DNA of 64,000 nucleotides from assembly GCA_903892415.1 (NCBI GenBank), contig CAITIQ010000542.1, positions 3,050-67,049 on the forward strand, written 5' to 3'. The position numbers and the translations under genes are program-made. Shown piece after piece: positions 37,321 to 47,215 of the stretch. Each line of letters starts with the position of its first letter. Within the stretch, counting starts at the first letter, position 1. Source of the stretch: an uncultured delta proteobacterium (lineage in GTDB: Bacteria > Myxococcota_A > Polyangia > Polyangiales > Polyangiaceae). The notes below the pieces were generated by a model. The model worked only from the letters and a program-made list of their open reading frames with translations. It was not told where the DNA came from and made no database searches.

Positions 37321-37396
37321 ACTCGAGGTATAGTCGAATGCTGACGATTGGCACTGACGGATCGTTTGCTCTGAGATTCTTCGCTAGAGTTACGAC

Positions 37397-38008
37397 GTGA
37401 GCTTCAAAATCGTCTGGATGCTTTGTGCGGGTCTGGCGCTTGGCGCTTGCTCCCCGCGTAGGGCGGTTTCGCTGCCGTGCCCGGCGGTGGCGGTCCCCGC
37501 TCCAACCGATCCAAAACTCGTGGACCTGGTTGAGCGCACCGAGCGGGCGCTCCGTGAAGCGACGCTTACGTTGCATTCGGAGCGTCCGGATCCCTTCGCT
37601 GAGCTGAGCAAGCAGCGGCTCGGGTTGGTCGCCCAGCTGGAGTCGAGCGAAGCGGAAGCGGAAAAACTTGATGCGCGGATCGCTGCTGCCGAGAGAAAGT
37701 TGCGCAAGACCGCTCAGTCTGAGCACGAGCGCGCCCTGATCGCCGAGTCCCTGCTCGATCTGTCGGCGGGCAGGCCAGTCGAGCGCGAGTTACCTGTCCG
37801 GCTCGGAAAGCGTGAAGAGTATCGCGATTGCGTCGAGGCCTATGCGCTATTGGCCCAAAGCCGGCTAGCGCAGCTGAAGTTGCGGTCGGCTATCAAGACG
37901 ATCGACCTGGCGTTTGCTCAATTGGCCAAGGACGCACCGCAACCCGCTACACCTAAGGTCACTCCGCCAAAGTCGCCAGGACTACGCTCGATCGAGCCAG
38001 CGTTATAG
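37397..38008 (+). CDS. Lipoprotein with coiled-coil region
   Basis: Lipobox MLCAGLALGAC. Heptad-like LVAQLESSEAEAEKLDARIAAAERKL. Confidence 0.6.
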   Translation: MSFKIVWMLCAGLALGACSPRRAVSLPCPAVAVPAPTDPKLVDLVERTERALREATLTLHSERPDPFAELSKQRLGLVAQLESSEAEAEKLDARIAAAERKLRKTAQSEHERALIAESLLDLSAGRPVERELPVRLGKREEYRDCVEAYALLAQSRLAQLKLRSAIKTIDLAFAQLAKDAPQPATPKVTPPKSPGLRSIEPAL

Positions 38009-39799
38009 TGGGCTTTGCGCCGCTGGGTTCAGGAGCTTGTCCAAGCTCAGGCGCACCAATGAGTGATAACGTGCCCGGCGCTCGGCGTAGATCTGCTGGG
38101 CCAACGCTGCACCCCAACTGCTGCTTAGCAAATCAGCGTAGAGAGGCCGCAAGAAGCGCGTTCTGCCTTGTTCCGACAGGAAGCTCCGCAGTTCCGGAAT
38201 AGCAGCTTGATTACCTGCTTGAACCTGCAGGCGCAGCCAGGGCAATAGCACCTCGGCGTTGTGACTCTTGGATAAGGCGAACTTGGCTTCAAGCGTGCTC
38301 AAGAGCGCAGGCGCTGGCCGGCCAGCGAGCAGTACACCGAGGAAGTGGCGCCAGGCTTGTGGCGACCAGCCCGCCGTATCGAGTTCGGCTAAGCTCTTAT
38401 TAGCGAGCGCGTCGGCGGCGGCGCTCTCGACCAACTGCAGCAGAGCTGAAGGAGGTGGCCTTCCGCTCTCGGGCAGGCCCGGGTCGTGAACCCAGCTCTC
38501 GAGCTCGAGTGCGGCCGCTTGGTCTGGGATCCGTGCGAACAAATGCGCTCGTAGGTCAGCGAGCAGTTGTTCCGTCGTCACCGAGCAAAAGGCCTGGCGG
38601 CCGAACCAACCAACCAGCCACGCGTCGAGCGCTGCGCGTCCCACAGCCTTCTCAATCGTCCAAAAGAAGGCCGCGCCCTTGAGATAGGGAATCACGGTAA
38701 CCCCCTCAGCCGGGTCACGCCCGCGCATGTCGTAGGCGAGGCGGGTATCTGGCGAGTCTGCGCCCATGCGCGCGACTTCGGCGGCTAGCTCGCGATAGCC
38801 CCAGCTTTGCAGCAGCTCGGCGCGCTCGCGGCCCCACAACAGCTCGTGCAGACGCAGCTCGAGGTAAACGGTGGTTCCCTCGTTGATCCAGAAGTCATTC
38901 CAGGTGGCGTTGGTGACGAGGTTGCCGGCCCAGGCATGCGCGAGCTCGTGAGCAACCACCGTCGTGAGCGAACGGTCTCCGGCGAGCAGACTGGGCGAGA
39001 CGAAGGTGAGCCGCGGGTTCTCCATTCCGCCATAAGGGAAGGACGGCGGCATCACCACGAGGTCGAAGCGGCCCCAACGATAGGGCCCTACGAGGGCCTC
39101 CGCCGCCTCGACCATTCGCTCCATTTCCGCGAACTCAAAGGCTGCGCGTTCGAGCGTTACGGGTTCGGCAAATACCGCTGTACGCGGGCCGATCTCGCGC
39201 GAGGCAAGTACGCCAACCGCCAGTGCGACGAGATAAGCCGGTATCGGCTCCAGCATCCGAAAGGCGAAGGTGCTAGCGCCCGCGGTTGTCTGCGGGCCAA
39301 GGTGCTCAGCGCTCATGACTGCTATGAGAGGCGCGGGCACCGTGATCCGCGCCTCATAGGTAAATCGAATCCCGGGGCTGTCTTGGATGGGGATCCAACT
39401 GCGCGTCTGAATGGCGTGCCCTTGCGTAAAGAGGAAGGGGGCCTCTCCCGAGGCGGTCTGCTCGGCCGTCAACCATTGCAGTGCCTCCGCCTCGGGGGAG
39501 GTGGTGTAGTGGATGACGACATGCTGCAGGCCGGCGGGTAACTGGACCGTAAGCTTCGCCCCGAGGACCGGGTCTTCCGGCGCTAATACGTAATCAAGCG
39601 AGTTGCCGCTCACGTCCGTTATGCGTTGGAGCTGCAGCTTGCGTGTGTCGAAGACCACCTGCGTACAGCCTGCTGCGAGCTGAAGGTCAAAGCTCGCTGT
39701 GCCCGTCAACAGGCGCTCGCTGAAGTCGACTTGCAGGTCGAGCTTCAGGTGCGTAACGCGGGCGCTCTGCGGCTCGGCGAAGCTATGGGCGTCATTCAT
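38003..39799 (-). CDS. M1-family zinc aminopeptidase (leukotriene A4 hydrolase-like)
   Basis: GGMENP, HELAHAWAGN, WINEGTTVYLE, and a helical LTA4H-type C-terminal domain. Confidence 0.9.
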   Translation of the reverse strand: MNDAHSFAEPQSARVTHLKLDLQVDFSERLLTGTASFDLQLAAGCTQVVFDTRKLQLQRITDVSGNSLDYVLAPEDPVLGAKLTVQLPAGLQHVVIHYTTSPEAEALQWLTAEQTASGEAPFLFTQGHAIQTRSWIPIQDSPGIRFTYEARITVPAPLIAVMSAEHLGPQTTAGASTFAFRMLEPIPAYLVALAVGVLASREIGPRTAVFAEPVTLERAAFEFAEMERMVEAAEALVGPYRWGRFDLVVMPPSFPYGGMENPRLTFVSPSLLAGDRSLTTVVAHELAHAWAGNLVTNATWNDFWINEGTTVYLELRLHELLWGRERAELLQSWGYRELAAEVARMGADSPDTRLAYDMRGRDPAEGVTVIPYLKGAAFFWTIEKAVGRAALDAWLVGWFGRQAFCSVTTEQLLADLRAHLFARIPDQAAALELESWVHDPGLPESGRPPPSALLQLVESAAADALANKSLAELDTAGWSPQAWRHFLGVLLAGRPAPALLSTLEAKFALSKSHNAEVLLPWLRLQVQAGNQAAIPELRSFLSEQGRTRFLRPLYADLLSSSWGAALAQQIYAERRARYHSLVRLSLDKLLNPAAQSPL

Positions 39800-39802
39800 G
39801 GC

Positions 39803-41008
39803 TCAACCGAGCTCTACGCGAACGGTTGAAACAATGTGCTTGAGCGCCTGTTCAACGACCTTGGTCTCGGGGTGCTTGACCATGATGAAGCCTTCTCCCT
39901 CGTAGGACGGAGATTTAGGCTGACCAGGAGAGGGCACCCGCTGATCGCAGATCAGGCCGCCGAGTTCACGTTCGATCATGTCCAGCCCGTGAACGGTGCG
40001 AACGCGGCCTTCGCCTTGTCCGCGCAAATAGGCTGTGCCAGCGGCGAATTGACGCTCGGCTAACGGCTGCCACTCCCCAGCCACCATCAGCCGAGCCCAG
40101 CTATCCAGGCAGTCGCAAGCGTGGGCTCGCGATATCATCGTAGGAAACTGGGCGCCCGGTGGCCGCGCGCCGACCTCCGAGATGACGAGTTCACCGTTCG
40201 GGCGGCGAAACCACTCGAGGTGACACATCCCAGTTCGCAGCCCCAGCACCGAGAGCGCCTTGGCGCCTGCGTCGGCGATGTCCTGCGACTCGTACGCACG
40301 CGGAAGCACGACCACCCATTGCATCCACGGGTTGCGCATCACTTCAAGACAAGATGGTAGATAGTTGGATACCGAATAGAACAGTAGTTGGCCGTCACGG
40401 ACAAACGCGTCGAAGGAGTGTTCTTGGCCGGTCACCAGCTCTTCGAGCAACACGGCACCTCGCGCTTCGGCGCTGGCGAGCGCGAGAGCGCTACGCAAGA
40501 CTGCCTCGTCATGCGCAAAGAAGGTCGCCTGGGAGGCAGCGCCTGCCGGGGGCTTCACCACCAAAGGATAGCCAACTTCAGCCGCGAATCGCAGCGCAGC
40601 TTCGGTGGTATCCACCAAACGAAAGCGAGCCACCGGCAGACCTGCTTGGCGCAGCAGTTCCTTCATTCGCGTCTTGTCGCGGAAGTTCAGCGCCTCATTG
40701 GGCCGCATCCCCGGGAGGTTCAACTGTTCTCGGGCTTCGGCCAGCGGGACTTGAAGTTGTTCCACGACGCCGAGTAGCTGTGCGGCGGGCCCATACAGCC
40801 TTTGCAACTCCTTGGCGGCAGCGACGAGCTGCCCTTTGTCGAGAGCGTCTCCCACGCGTTCCGCACCGACGATCCGTGAGCGAAGCTCCGGCGGCAGAAG
40901 CGCTGGATCATCCTGCGTCATCAGCAGGACCTGCGCGTGGCGAGTCACGTGATGGAGATAGAGCTTCGCGTTCTCAGTGAAGTAAGGCGCAACGAACAGA
41001 ACGAGCAT
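39803..41008 (-). CDS. ATP-grasp domain protein
   Basis: YPLVVKPPAGAASQ, LLEELVTGQEHSFDAF, CHLEWFRRPNGELVISEVGARPPG. ATG 41008 (MLVLFVAPY). The stop lies 3 nt before the peptidase start. Confidence 0.8.
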   Translation of the reverse strand: MLVLFVAPYFTENAKLYLHHVTRHAQVLLMTQDDPALLPPELRSRIVGAERVGDALDKGQLVAAAKELQRLYGPAAQLLGVVEQLQVPLAEAREQLNLPGMRPNEALNFRDKTRMKELLRQAGLPVARFRLVDTTEAALRFAAEVGYPLVVKPPAGAASQATFFAHDEAVLRSALALASAEARGAVLLEELVTGQEHSFDAFVRDGQLLFYSVSNYLPSCLEVMRNPWMQWVVVLPRAYESQDIADAGAKALSVLGLRTGMCHLEWFRRPNGELVISEVGARPPGAQFPTMISRAHACDCLDSWARLMVAGEWQPLAERQFAAGTAYLRGQGEGRVRTVHGLDMIERELGGLICDQRVPSPGQPKSPSYEGEGFIMVKHPETKVVEQALKHIVSTVRVELG

Positions 41009-41059
41009 AGGACCTTCGTTTGAGAGCACCTCGCATAGCACGGATGGCGTGACTCGAGT

Positions 41060-42355
41060 TCAGGAGCGGAGCACCCAGCCCCATAGCGCGAACATCACCC
41101 CGACAAGAATCAGCACTACGACGAACGCTGGCTCGGCCAACGGATTGCTGCGTTTTATGGCATAGTCCGGGTTCAGGTTGTCCTCGCCGACCTGCGGCGC
41201 TGGTGCTCGTCTGCCGCGGGCCAAGAGCAGAACCAAGGCGATCTCCACTGCGAGCGCGAGCGACAGGAAGGTGAGCGTCTTTCCGCGGATCGCCGCGATG
41301 CGCCGATCTTCGCGGGCTTCGTTTGCGGGCAGGCTGTCGAGGCGGAGCGTCAACAGCTCAGGGATGCGCTCGCATAGCTTCGATACGAGCGTGGCCTCGT
41401 GATCACAATACGGGGCTGTCGCTCCGAAGCTCCATACGGCTGTTCGCGATGGGTCCTCCGCCGGGGTGGGCGACGTGAGCAAAAGGCCGCCGCGCGGTTT
41501 CTCGATCCGAGCGCGAAAGAAGCCGTCTTCCGTCGGGGTCAGCGCTACTTCACCGCCGTACTCGCGTCCCAGCGTACCAACCACGGAGAAGTAGGCGACC
41601 TCGCGCGGGGAGGGACTCGTGAGTTCGACCGCATCGCCGAGGTCACGGGCGTGAATCGCAGCGAGTTTGGTGAGCAGGGTGCCGCTCTTGCGCGCGAGCT
41701 CGCCGCGGTAGTTCGCCTCGACGCTGAGTTGCACCGGCGCCGCGATGGGCGTGAAAGGCAAGCGAATGCCCCCGGTGGGGCCTGTGTTGAGCCGGGTGGT
41801 TTCGGGCTCAGCGGACGCGAACGTGATCTCGACCTCAGCGTCCACTGGCTGAAGATCCCGCGTCGTTGCAAGCTCGAGAACGCTGGGGAACGGCGGAGCC
41901 AGGTCGCCGTTGACGACACGTACAAAGACCCGCAAACCAGATTGGCCAAAGCTCCAAGACATCGCCACCTCGGCCAATTGGGCTTCACCCGCGCTGAAGG
42001 GACTATCCAAAAGTAGCTGGCCTTCACGATGCAGCTGAACCTGGTGCCCAGAACTGAGCGGCGAGCTTAGTCGCAGCTCGCCGGTGCCGCGCTCGCTCGT
42101 CTGCAAGGGGAGACTCTCGCCGTTGCCCTGGAATTGCAGCGCCATTGCGATCGGGCGCTCGACGCCGCCGCTGCGCTCCACCGTTTCGACGCGAAGCGAG
42201 CGAGGAGCTTGTTCTGCCGAGTACACCCGTGCGCCCAGCACCGGTTGCTTCTTGCCCGGTCCGAGCAGCAGCCCAAGCACGATGGTGGCGGTGATAAACG
42301 GCAGCCCCAGCGCGGTTCCCACCAAGCCGCGATTTGGACGCTGTTCGGTCACCAC
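41060..42355 (-). CDS. Membrane-anchored protein, unknown function
   Basis: N-terminal TM (LVGTALGLPFITATIVLGLLLG), a large extracytoplasmic body, and two C-terminal TM helices. It is first in a same-strand string with the ATP-grasp and M1 peptidase genes. Confidence 0.6.
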   Translation of the reverse strand: MVTEQRPNRGLVGTALGLPFITATIVLGLLLGPGKKQPVLGARVYSAEQAPRSLRVETVERSGGVERPIAMALQFQGNGESLPLQTSERGTGELRLSSPLSSGHQVQLHREGQLLLDSPFSAGEAQLAEVAMSWSFGQSGLRVFVRVVNGDLAPPFPSVLELATTRDLQPVDAEVEITFASAEPETTRLNTGPTGGIRLPFTPIAAPVQLSVEANYRGELARKSGTLLTKLAAIHARDLGDAVELTSPSPREVAYFSVVGTLGREYGGEVALTPTEDGFFRARIEKPRGGLLLTSPTPAEDPSRTAVWSFGATAPYCDHEATLVSKLCERIPELLTLRLDSLPANEAREDRRIAAIRGKTLTFLSLALAVEIALVLLLARGRRAPAPQVGEDNLNPDYAIKRSNPLAEPAFVVVLILVGVMFALWGWVLRS

Positions 42356-42464
42356 AACTGCTCCATGTCCGTATGGTGAAACGCCTGAGACAGGGCGTCA
42401 CCCGCTTTGCGGCCCAAAGGGTTCTTTGCTCCCCGTGCTCGTTTTGCTACGAGACAGCTGAATC

Positions 42465-43184
42465 ATGCCGAAGCCCAAAACGAAAGCGAAGCGTCGCTCC
42501 GCAGAATCGCAGGCGTCGGCCCGCGGACAAATCCTCAAGACGGTGGATGCTGCACGCAGCGAGCGGCGGTTTGCTCCTGACTCCGGGGCGATGTCGGTGT
42601 TGCCCATCGTCGCGTCATCGGCAGGGGCGCTCTTGCTCGGTGCGGGCGTGTTTGGCCAATTTTTGCGAGCGATCCCGCATCCTTACGCCCTGCATATGCT
42701 GGGGGTTGGTGTTCTTCTCCTGCTGGTCGGTCTGGCTATGGGCGCGCGCTCGCGCCCGGCGATTCGCGTTGGAGACGCCGGGGTTGGCGTGGAGCGCGGG
42801 GATGAGCAGATCGAGCGGCTGGGCTGGAACGAGATCGACGCCATCCGGTTGGCCTCGGGCGTTTTGTCGTTCTCTGGCTCGGCCAAGTTGGTGACGATCG
42901 ATCTCGCAGAGAACCCCGGAGCTGCAGCGTTGGCTTTGGCGGAGGCCCGGCGCCGTCTGCCGGTCAGGGTCAAAGACATCGATGAGAACGTGAACGCCAA
43001 AGGCGATGTCGGCGAGCTGGTCGTTTTGGAGCCGTTTCAAGCCGCGGGGCTGCGCTGTAAGGCTACCGATCGGCTGCTTTCGATGGAGCGTGACGCTCGT
43101 GTGTGTGGCCTGTGTGGCGAGGTCTATCACAAGGACTCTGTGCCCGACCATTGCCTGAGCTGTGACGCAGACTTGACCTCCTAG
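42465..43184 (+). CDS. Two-TM protein with C-terminal zinc-ribbon-like CxxC..CxxC
   Basis: TM helices (VLPIVASSAGALLLGAGVFG, LHMLGVGVLLLLVGLAMG). The C-terminus has CGLCGEVYHKDSVPDHCLSC. The start could instead be the internal MSVLPIV. Confidence 0.55.
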   Translation: MPKPKTKAKRRSAESQASARGQILKTVDAARSERRFAPDSGAMSVLPIVASSAGALLLGAGVFGQFLRAIPHPYALHMLGVGVLLLLVGLAMGARSRPAIRVGDAGVGVERGDEQIERLGWNEIDAIRLASGVLSFSGSAKLVTIDLAENPGAAALALAEARRRLPVRVKDIDENVNAKGDVGELVVLEPFQAAGLRCKATDRLLSMERDARVCGLCGEVYHKDSVPDHCLSCDADLTS

Positions 43185-43633
43185 GTCTGATTCGCGGCCG
43201 TTCGCTTGATTAGGGCCTCGACCTCCGAGGCCTCTGTCGTCTCGACCAGTGCTGCGAGAAACCGACTGGCGGCTGCTGTGTCGCCGAAGACCTTGGTGTT
43301 TGGGGGTGCCCGGCCCACCAGCATCAACATGCTCAGGAACGCTTTCACAGCTGAGCCTTTCAAGCCGTCGACCAAGACCACGTGGGCTGCGCCGAGGGTG
43401 TAGGCGTTTTTCCTGGTCATGCGGATGCCAGCTTCGCGGACATCTTCGGTGAAGGTCGCTTTTCCCGCGACGACGATGTTGGCCAGCGCGAGGTCCCCAC
43501 GGTGCGTGCTCGAGAGCCTCTCGACCATCAGCATGTACTCGAGCCGCGGTGCGGCGAACCAACCGGCGTACGCAATCTTTCCCGAGCACCGCAGACAGAA
43601 CTCTGCGTTTGAGAAGACCTCGTCGACCGCCAT
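43181..43633 (-). CDS. Hypothetical cytoplasmic protein
   Basis: ORF with ATG at 43633 (MAVDEVFSN..). It is the last gene of the PilZ-led same-strand string. No motif recognised. Confidence 0.5.
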   Translation of the reverse strand: MAVDEVFSNAEFCLRCSGKIAYAGWFAAPRLEYMLMVERLSSTHRGDLALANIVVAGKATFTEDVREAGIRMTRKNAYTLGAAHVVLVDGLKGSAVKAFLSMLMLVGRAPPNTKVFGDTAAASRFLAALVETTEASEVEALIKRTAANQT

Positions 43634-43672
43634 GGGCGCGAGAGTCGCGCAGCTGCGCGGGCTAAGCAACCC

Positions 43673-44584
43673 TCAGTGAAGTGCGTTCGCCTCTTCGACG
43701 CTCGCTTTGAGGAAGTTTACCGCGCGCAGTCGGTGCGGTCCGTTCGGGTTTCGTTCGAGATAGGCGTCGAAGGCGTTGGCCGCCAAATCGAACTGGCCCA
43801 TCTCGAAGTAGATGATGCCTTTGGCGAAGGGCGTGGGGTAAGAAGGCTCGAGTTTGCTGAGACTCTCGATCTGGGCGATCACATACTTACCGCGTCCGCT
43901 GTTGGCTTCGCTGCGAGAACCAGCCAGGTTGCTGAGCGGTGGGTGCGCAATCAGGTAGTCGAGGACGGCGCGCTCTTCGATCGGGTCGAGCGATAGTGCG
44001 CCGCCCTCGGGCGCCACCATCAGGTTGTACCGTCGGCTGAAGAGCCCGATCAGCACGATGTCGGCGTTGCTGGGCGCGTCCTCCAAGCTCTGCAACCAGC
44101 CGTTGCGTTCCATCTCCGCGAGGGTCGCTCCGCCCAGCTCCACGAGCGCTTGGCTCGACTGGCCGCGCTTCAGTCGCTGCAGATAGACAGCCGCAAATTC
44201 ACGGGCAAGAAAGGCTCGCAACGCAACCAGGTCTTGGAGGTTGGTGGCCAACAATCGACGGGCGGAGTTGTCTAGCTCGCCGGCCCAGCGTGACACTGCC
44301 GCGCTGTCGCCTTTTACCTCGGCTGCTCCCAGTGCTCGCAGCCTTGCACCCATGAGCTCGACTGCCTGGGGCAGTTCATGGCGCGCCGCTGGCTGAGCAA
44401 GTTGAAAGCTTCGAATCCGGGCCCGATCGAGATCATTGGGCGTGAGCGATGAAGGAGGTATGCCGTGGGGCGCTGCAGAGCGGGGCACGATCACGGCCGT
44501 GACCACCGCTGCGACGAAGACGGCGACAGCACCAGCCTGCCAGCCCTCAAGCATGTTTGCGCCGGCGTTCTCACGTTTAGCCAT
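43673..44584 (-). CDS. Membrane-anchored TPR-like protein
   Basis: N-terminal TM (AGAVAVFVAAVVTAVIV). C-terminal TPR-like FEMGQFDLAANAFDAYLERNPNGP. Confidence 0.6.
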   Translation of the reverse strand: MAKRENAGANMLEGWQAGAVAVFVAAVVTAVIVPRSAAPHGIPPSSLTPNDLDRARIRSFQLAQPAARHELPQAVELMGARLRALGAAEVKGDSAAVSRWAGELDNSARRLLATNLQDLVALRAFLAREFAAVYLQRLKRGQSSQALVELGGATLAEMERNGWLQSLEDAPSNADIVLIGLFSRRYNLMVAPEGGALSLDPIEERAVLDYLIAHPPLSNLAGSRSEANSGRGKYVIAQIESLSKLEPSYPTPFAKGIIYFEMGQFDLAANAFDAYLERNPNGPHRLRAVNFLKASVEEANALH

Positions 44585-44599
44585 GGGCCGGTCGATCTT

Positions 44600-46771
44600 C
44601 TACGGCTTGCCGGCTTGTGTCCAGGCCTGGCACAGCCGCGTCTCGAACAGTTCTGCGCTGCGCGCCGACGCAAGATCCGTAAGCTCCTTTTGCACGTCGA
44701 GGCCACGTGCACGTCGCGCCATGGCCGAGTAAAACCGTGCCTCGACGCGGTCTACCTCGGAGGAGGCGGCGGCCGAGAGCTCGGCTTCACTGAGCTTGCC
44801 GAGGGCGAAGCGCGCGAGCTTTCCGTGCCAGCCACCGAGCTCACTGGCGCTCTCGAGCAGCGAGGCGAGTTCTTCGGGAGGTCGCTTTCCGGACTGCGCA
44901 GCTTCGTAGTGAAGCCACAGCGCCGCATAGAGCATTGCATCCGCAGGCGCGTCGTGGGCTGCACCGAAATCGAAGGCGGAGCGCATCGCGTCGTGCTCTC
45001 CAAGCAGCCACAGTGAGGAGATCGTCTCCAGCATGGTTTGGCCCAGCAGGTTCGACTCGTTCTCGGCCTCGTGCAGCGCGCTCTCGAAGGCGATCTTGGC
45101 GTCAGCCGATCTGCGCCGCATGGTGTGGACTCGACCCAAGAGCGCGTACGCGCGCGCGTGTACGCTCGCTGGACTTTGGCTGCGCGTGAGCTTCTGCGCG
45201 AGCTCAGTTGCAAGCGACAGGTCGTCCTCGACGGCCTTAGCGTTGCTCAGCGCCACGTTGGTGGTCGCCAGGGAAAGCCGCGCTTGCAGCGAGAACAGAG
45301 GGTCTTTGGTCTGTTTCAGCAGCAGCTCGAGGTCGGTGCGAGCCCCGGCGTAGTCGCCTAGCGCGCGCTTCACTTCGGCTCGGCGCAAGAGCACCCGCGC
45401 GTCGTTCGAAAGCTCGAAGGCCGCCGAGAAGGAGTCGACGGCTGGCGCCAACCGGCCTGCCCTCAGCAGCTCCTGTGCGTAGGCTTGATGCAACTCGAAG
45501 AGCGAGGCTCTCGCGCGATCGAGCTTGGGTCGCAGGGGCGCCAGGATGGCTACGCCGGCCTCGAGCGTGCGCAGCGCCCCCGGGTGATCGTCCGCGCGCG
45601 ACCTCGATTGAGCCGCGGCCACCACCGCGTCGACGATCTCCACCAGCTCCAATTCGGACGCACCCTTCGCCGGCTCGCGGAGGACGGCTGGCACGGCCTC
45701 GGGCAGTCCGAGTTTGGTGAGCAAGTCAGCAAACTCCAGCGCCGTATCGCGATCGTGGGGGGCCCGCTTGAGCGTGGCGCGCAACAGCGCGAAGGTTGCG
45801 GCGTCGAAGAGGTCCTTGTCGAGCCCCATGTTGCCGCCTGCGCGTGCACGGGTATTGCCGGAGAAAGCGTCGTAGAGCTTGCGATAGCTGCGTGCGTCGT
45901 CTCGTTTGACCGCCGCGTTCATGTCGGCGAAAAAGTCCGGGTCGAGGGTGAGCCGCGCGCTCGACTCCTCCACCGTCTCCAGCGCTTGCTCGAAGCTCCC
46001 TTGGCGGAAATAGTGCGCAACGATGGTGAACGCGCCGGCATCCAGGCCGCGGATGATCTCGTCGGCGACCTCGGGCGCAGGACGACGACCCGTTTGTTGG
46101 AACTCCTGATTCCCGGCGATCGCCAGGTCGATCAGCGTGCTGGTGCTGCGCACCGCTTCGTCGACTTCCGGAGGGGAAAGCAGGGCGCGCGCGGTTGCCG
46201 TTCGTTCACGGTCGCCGGCCCGAATCAGCGGGTGCCCCGTCAGCGTCTCCTCGCGAAACTGCGCGATGGTGCGCAGCTGCTCGTCGATGGCGCTCTGCTC
46301 TTGTGCTGAAACGGCTGGCCGAAGCAGCTCGAGCAAGATGCTGACTCTTCCGATCTCACCGCGGGCCGAGAGCGAGGCGATGGCCGCGCGCAGCGCAAGT
46401 TGGGCCTCACGATCGAGGAAGCCTTGCTGTTGGTCGGTGGCCTCGAGCAAGTAGAAGGCACCCATCACGCTGGCCGTCCCGCCGCTTCGATCCCCACGCT
46501 CGAAGCGATGGTTCGCGTGGGCCAGTTGTCGTTGCACCACTCCAAGCAGCTGCCGTTGCCGCGGCTCTCCCTCGAGGTCTTGTGAGAGTACACTGGCGAG
46601 CGAGTTCGCGAACTCTTCCTCCGAGATCGGTAACGGCGTAACCGCCCAAGCCGCGCTCGACGGATCTTTGGCGCCCGCTGGCGAGCAGGCCGTGCCCACC
46701 ATCAGCGAGGCGGCAACCAACCCCAGCCGAAGAGCGCTGAACGCCCAGCCGCGCACGAAAGGCGAACTCAC
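44600..46771 (-). CDS. TPR-repeat lipoprotein
   Basis: Lipobox ASLMVGTAC. Multiple TPR-like helices (LLRAGRLAPAVDSFSAAFELSNDARVLLRRAEVKRALGDYAGARTDLELLL). The GTG start directly abuts the PilZ stop. Confidence 0.7.
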   Translation of the reverse strand: MSSPFVRGWAFSALRLGLVAASLMVGTACSPAGAKDPSSAAWAVTPLPISEEEFANSLASVLSQDLEGEPRQRQLLGVVQRQLAHANHRFERGDRSGGTASVMGAFYLLEATDQQQGFLDREAQLALRAAIASLSARGEIGRVSILLELLRPAVSAQEQSAIDEQLRTIAQFREETLTGHPLIRAGDRERTATARALLSPPEVDEAVRSTSTLIDLAIAGNQEFQQTGRRPAPEVADEIIRGLDAGAFTIVAHYFRQGSFEQALETVEESSARLTLDPDFFADMNAAVKRDDARSYRKLYDAFSGNTRARAGGNMGLDKDLFDAATFALLRATLKRAPHDRDTALEFADLLTKLGLPEAVPAVLREPAKGASELELVEIVDAVVAAAQSRSRADDHPGALRTLEAGVAILAPLRPKLDRARASLFELHQAYAQELLRAGRLAPAVDSFSAAFELSNDARVLLRRAEVKRALGDYAGARTDLELLLKQTKDPLFSLQARLSLATTNVALSNAKAVEDDLSLATELAQKLTRSQSPASVHARAYALLGRVHTMRRRSADAKIAFESALHEAENESNLLGQTMLETISSLWLLGEHDAMRSAFDFGAAHDAPADAMLYAALWLHYEAAQSGKRPPEELASLLESASELGGWHGKLARFALGKLSEAELSAAASSEVDRVEARFYSAMARRARGLDVQKELTDLASARSAELFETRLCQAWTQAGKP

Positions 46772-47164
46772 TCAGGAAAGACGCTTCTTGAGCAGTCGGC
46801 TGGAGAGGGTTTCACCGAGCTCACGACTCATGAGGCCCTCCACCACTTCCTCGGTGGCGCGACGCTCTTCATCGGAGGCGTATTGAAACTCAATGCCCAT
46901 GCCCACCGGTTGTTCTGCGGTGGCTTCCTCGGCTGAAACCACCCATTTAACCAAGCCCCGGAGCCGCAACGGCTCTTCGAGATTGGGAATTCTCAGCGCG
47001 AACACGAACTGCGTTCCCAACTTCAGCGGTCGCGTCGTTCGGATGAACGTTCCACCTTTGGAAATGTTTCGCGTGTAGTCCGAGAAGAACGTATTGATGC
47101 GCTTGTACTCCACGTTGAGTTCAATCGCGTTGCGAGTATTCCGTCGGCGGTCGTCCACAGTCAC
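46772..47164 (-). CDS. PilZ domain protein (myxobacterial paralogous type)
   Basis: RRRNTRNAIE (RxxxR) and NISKGGTFI (D/NxSxxG) c-di-GMP binding motifs. 130 aa. Confidence 0.85.
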   Translation of the reverse strand: MTVDDRRRNTRNAIELNVEYKRINTFFSDYTRNISKGGTFIRTTRPLKLGTQFVFALRIPNLEEPLRLRGLVKWVVSAEEATAEQPVGMGIEFQYASDEERRATEEVVEGLMSRELGETLSSRLLKKRLS

Positions 47165-47215
47165 AGCTGTAACCTATCATCCGTCGCCGGGTTCACCACA
47201 GGGAGAGTAACGGGC

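Noticed and set aside
37349-37369. Perfect TGGCAC followed by TTTGCT upstream of the lipoprotein gene at 37397, as a possible sigma-54 promoter.
   Set aside because: The GG to GC distance is 18 nt rather than the required 12, so the -24 and -12 elements cannot be contacted together.
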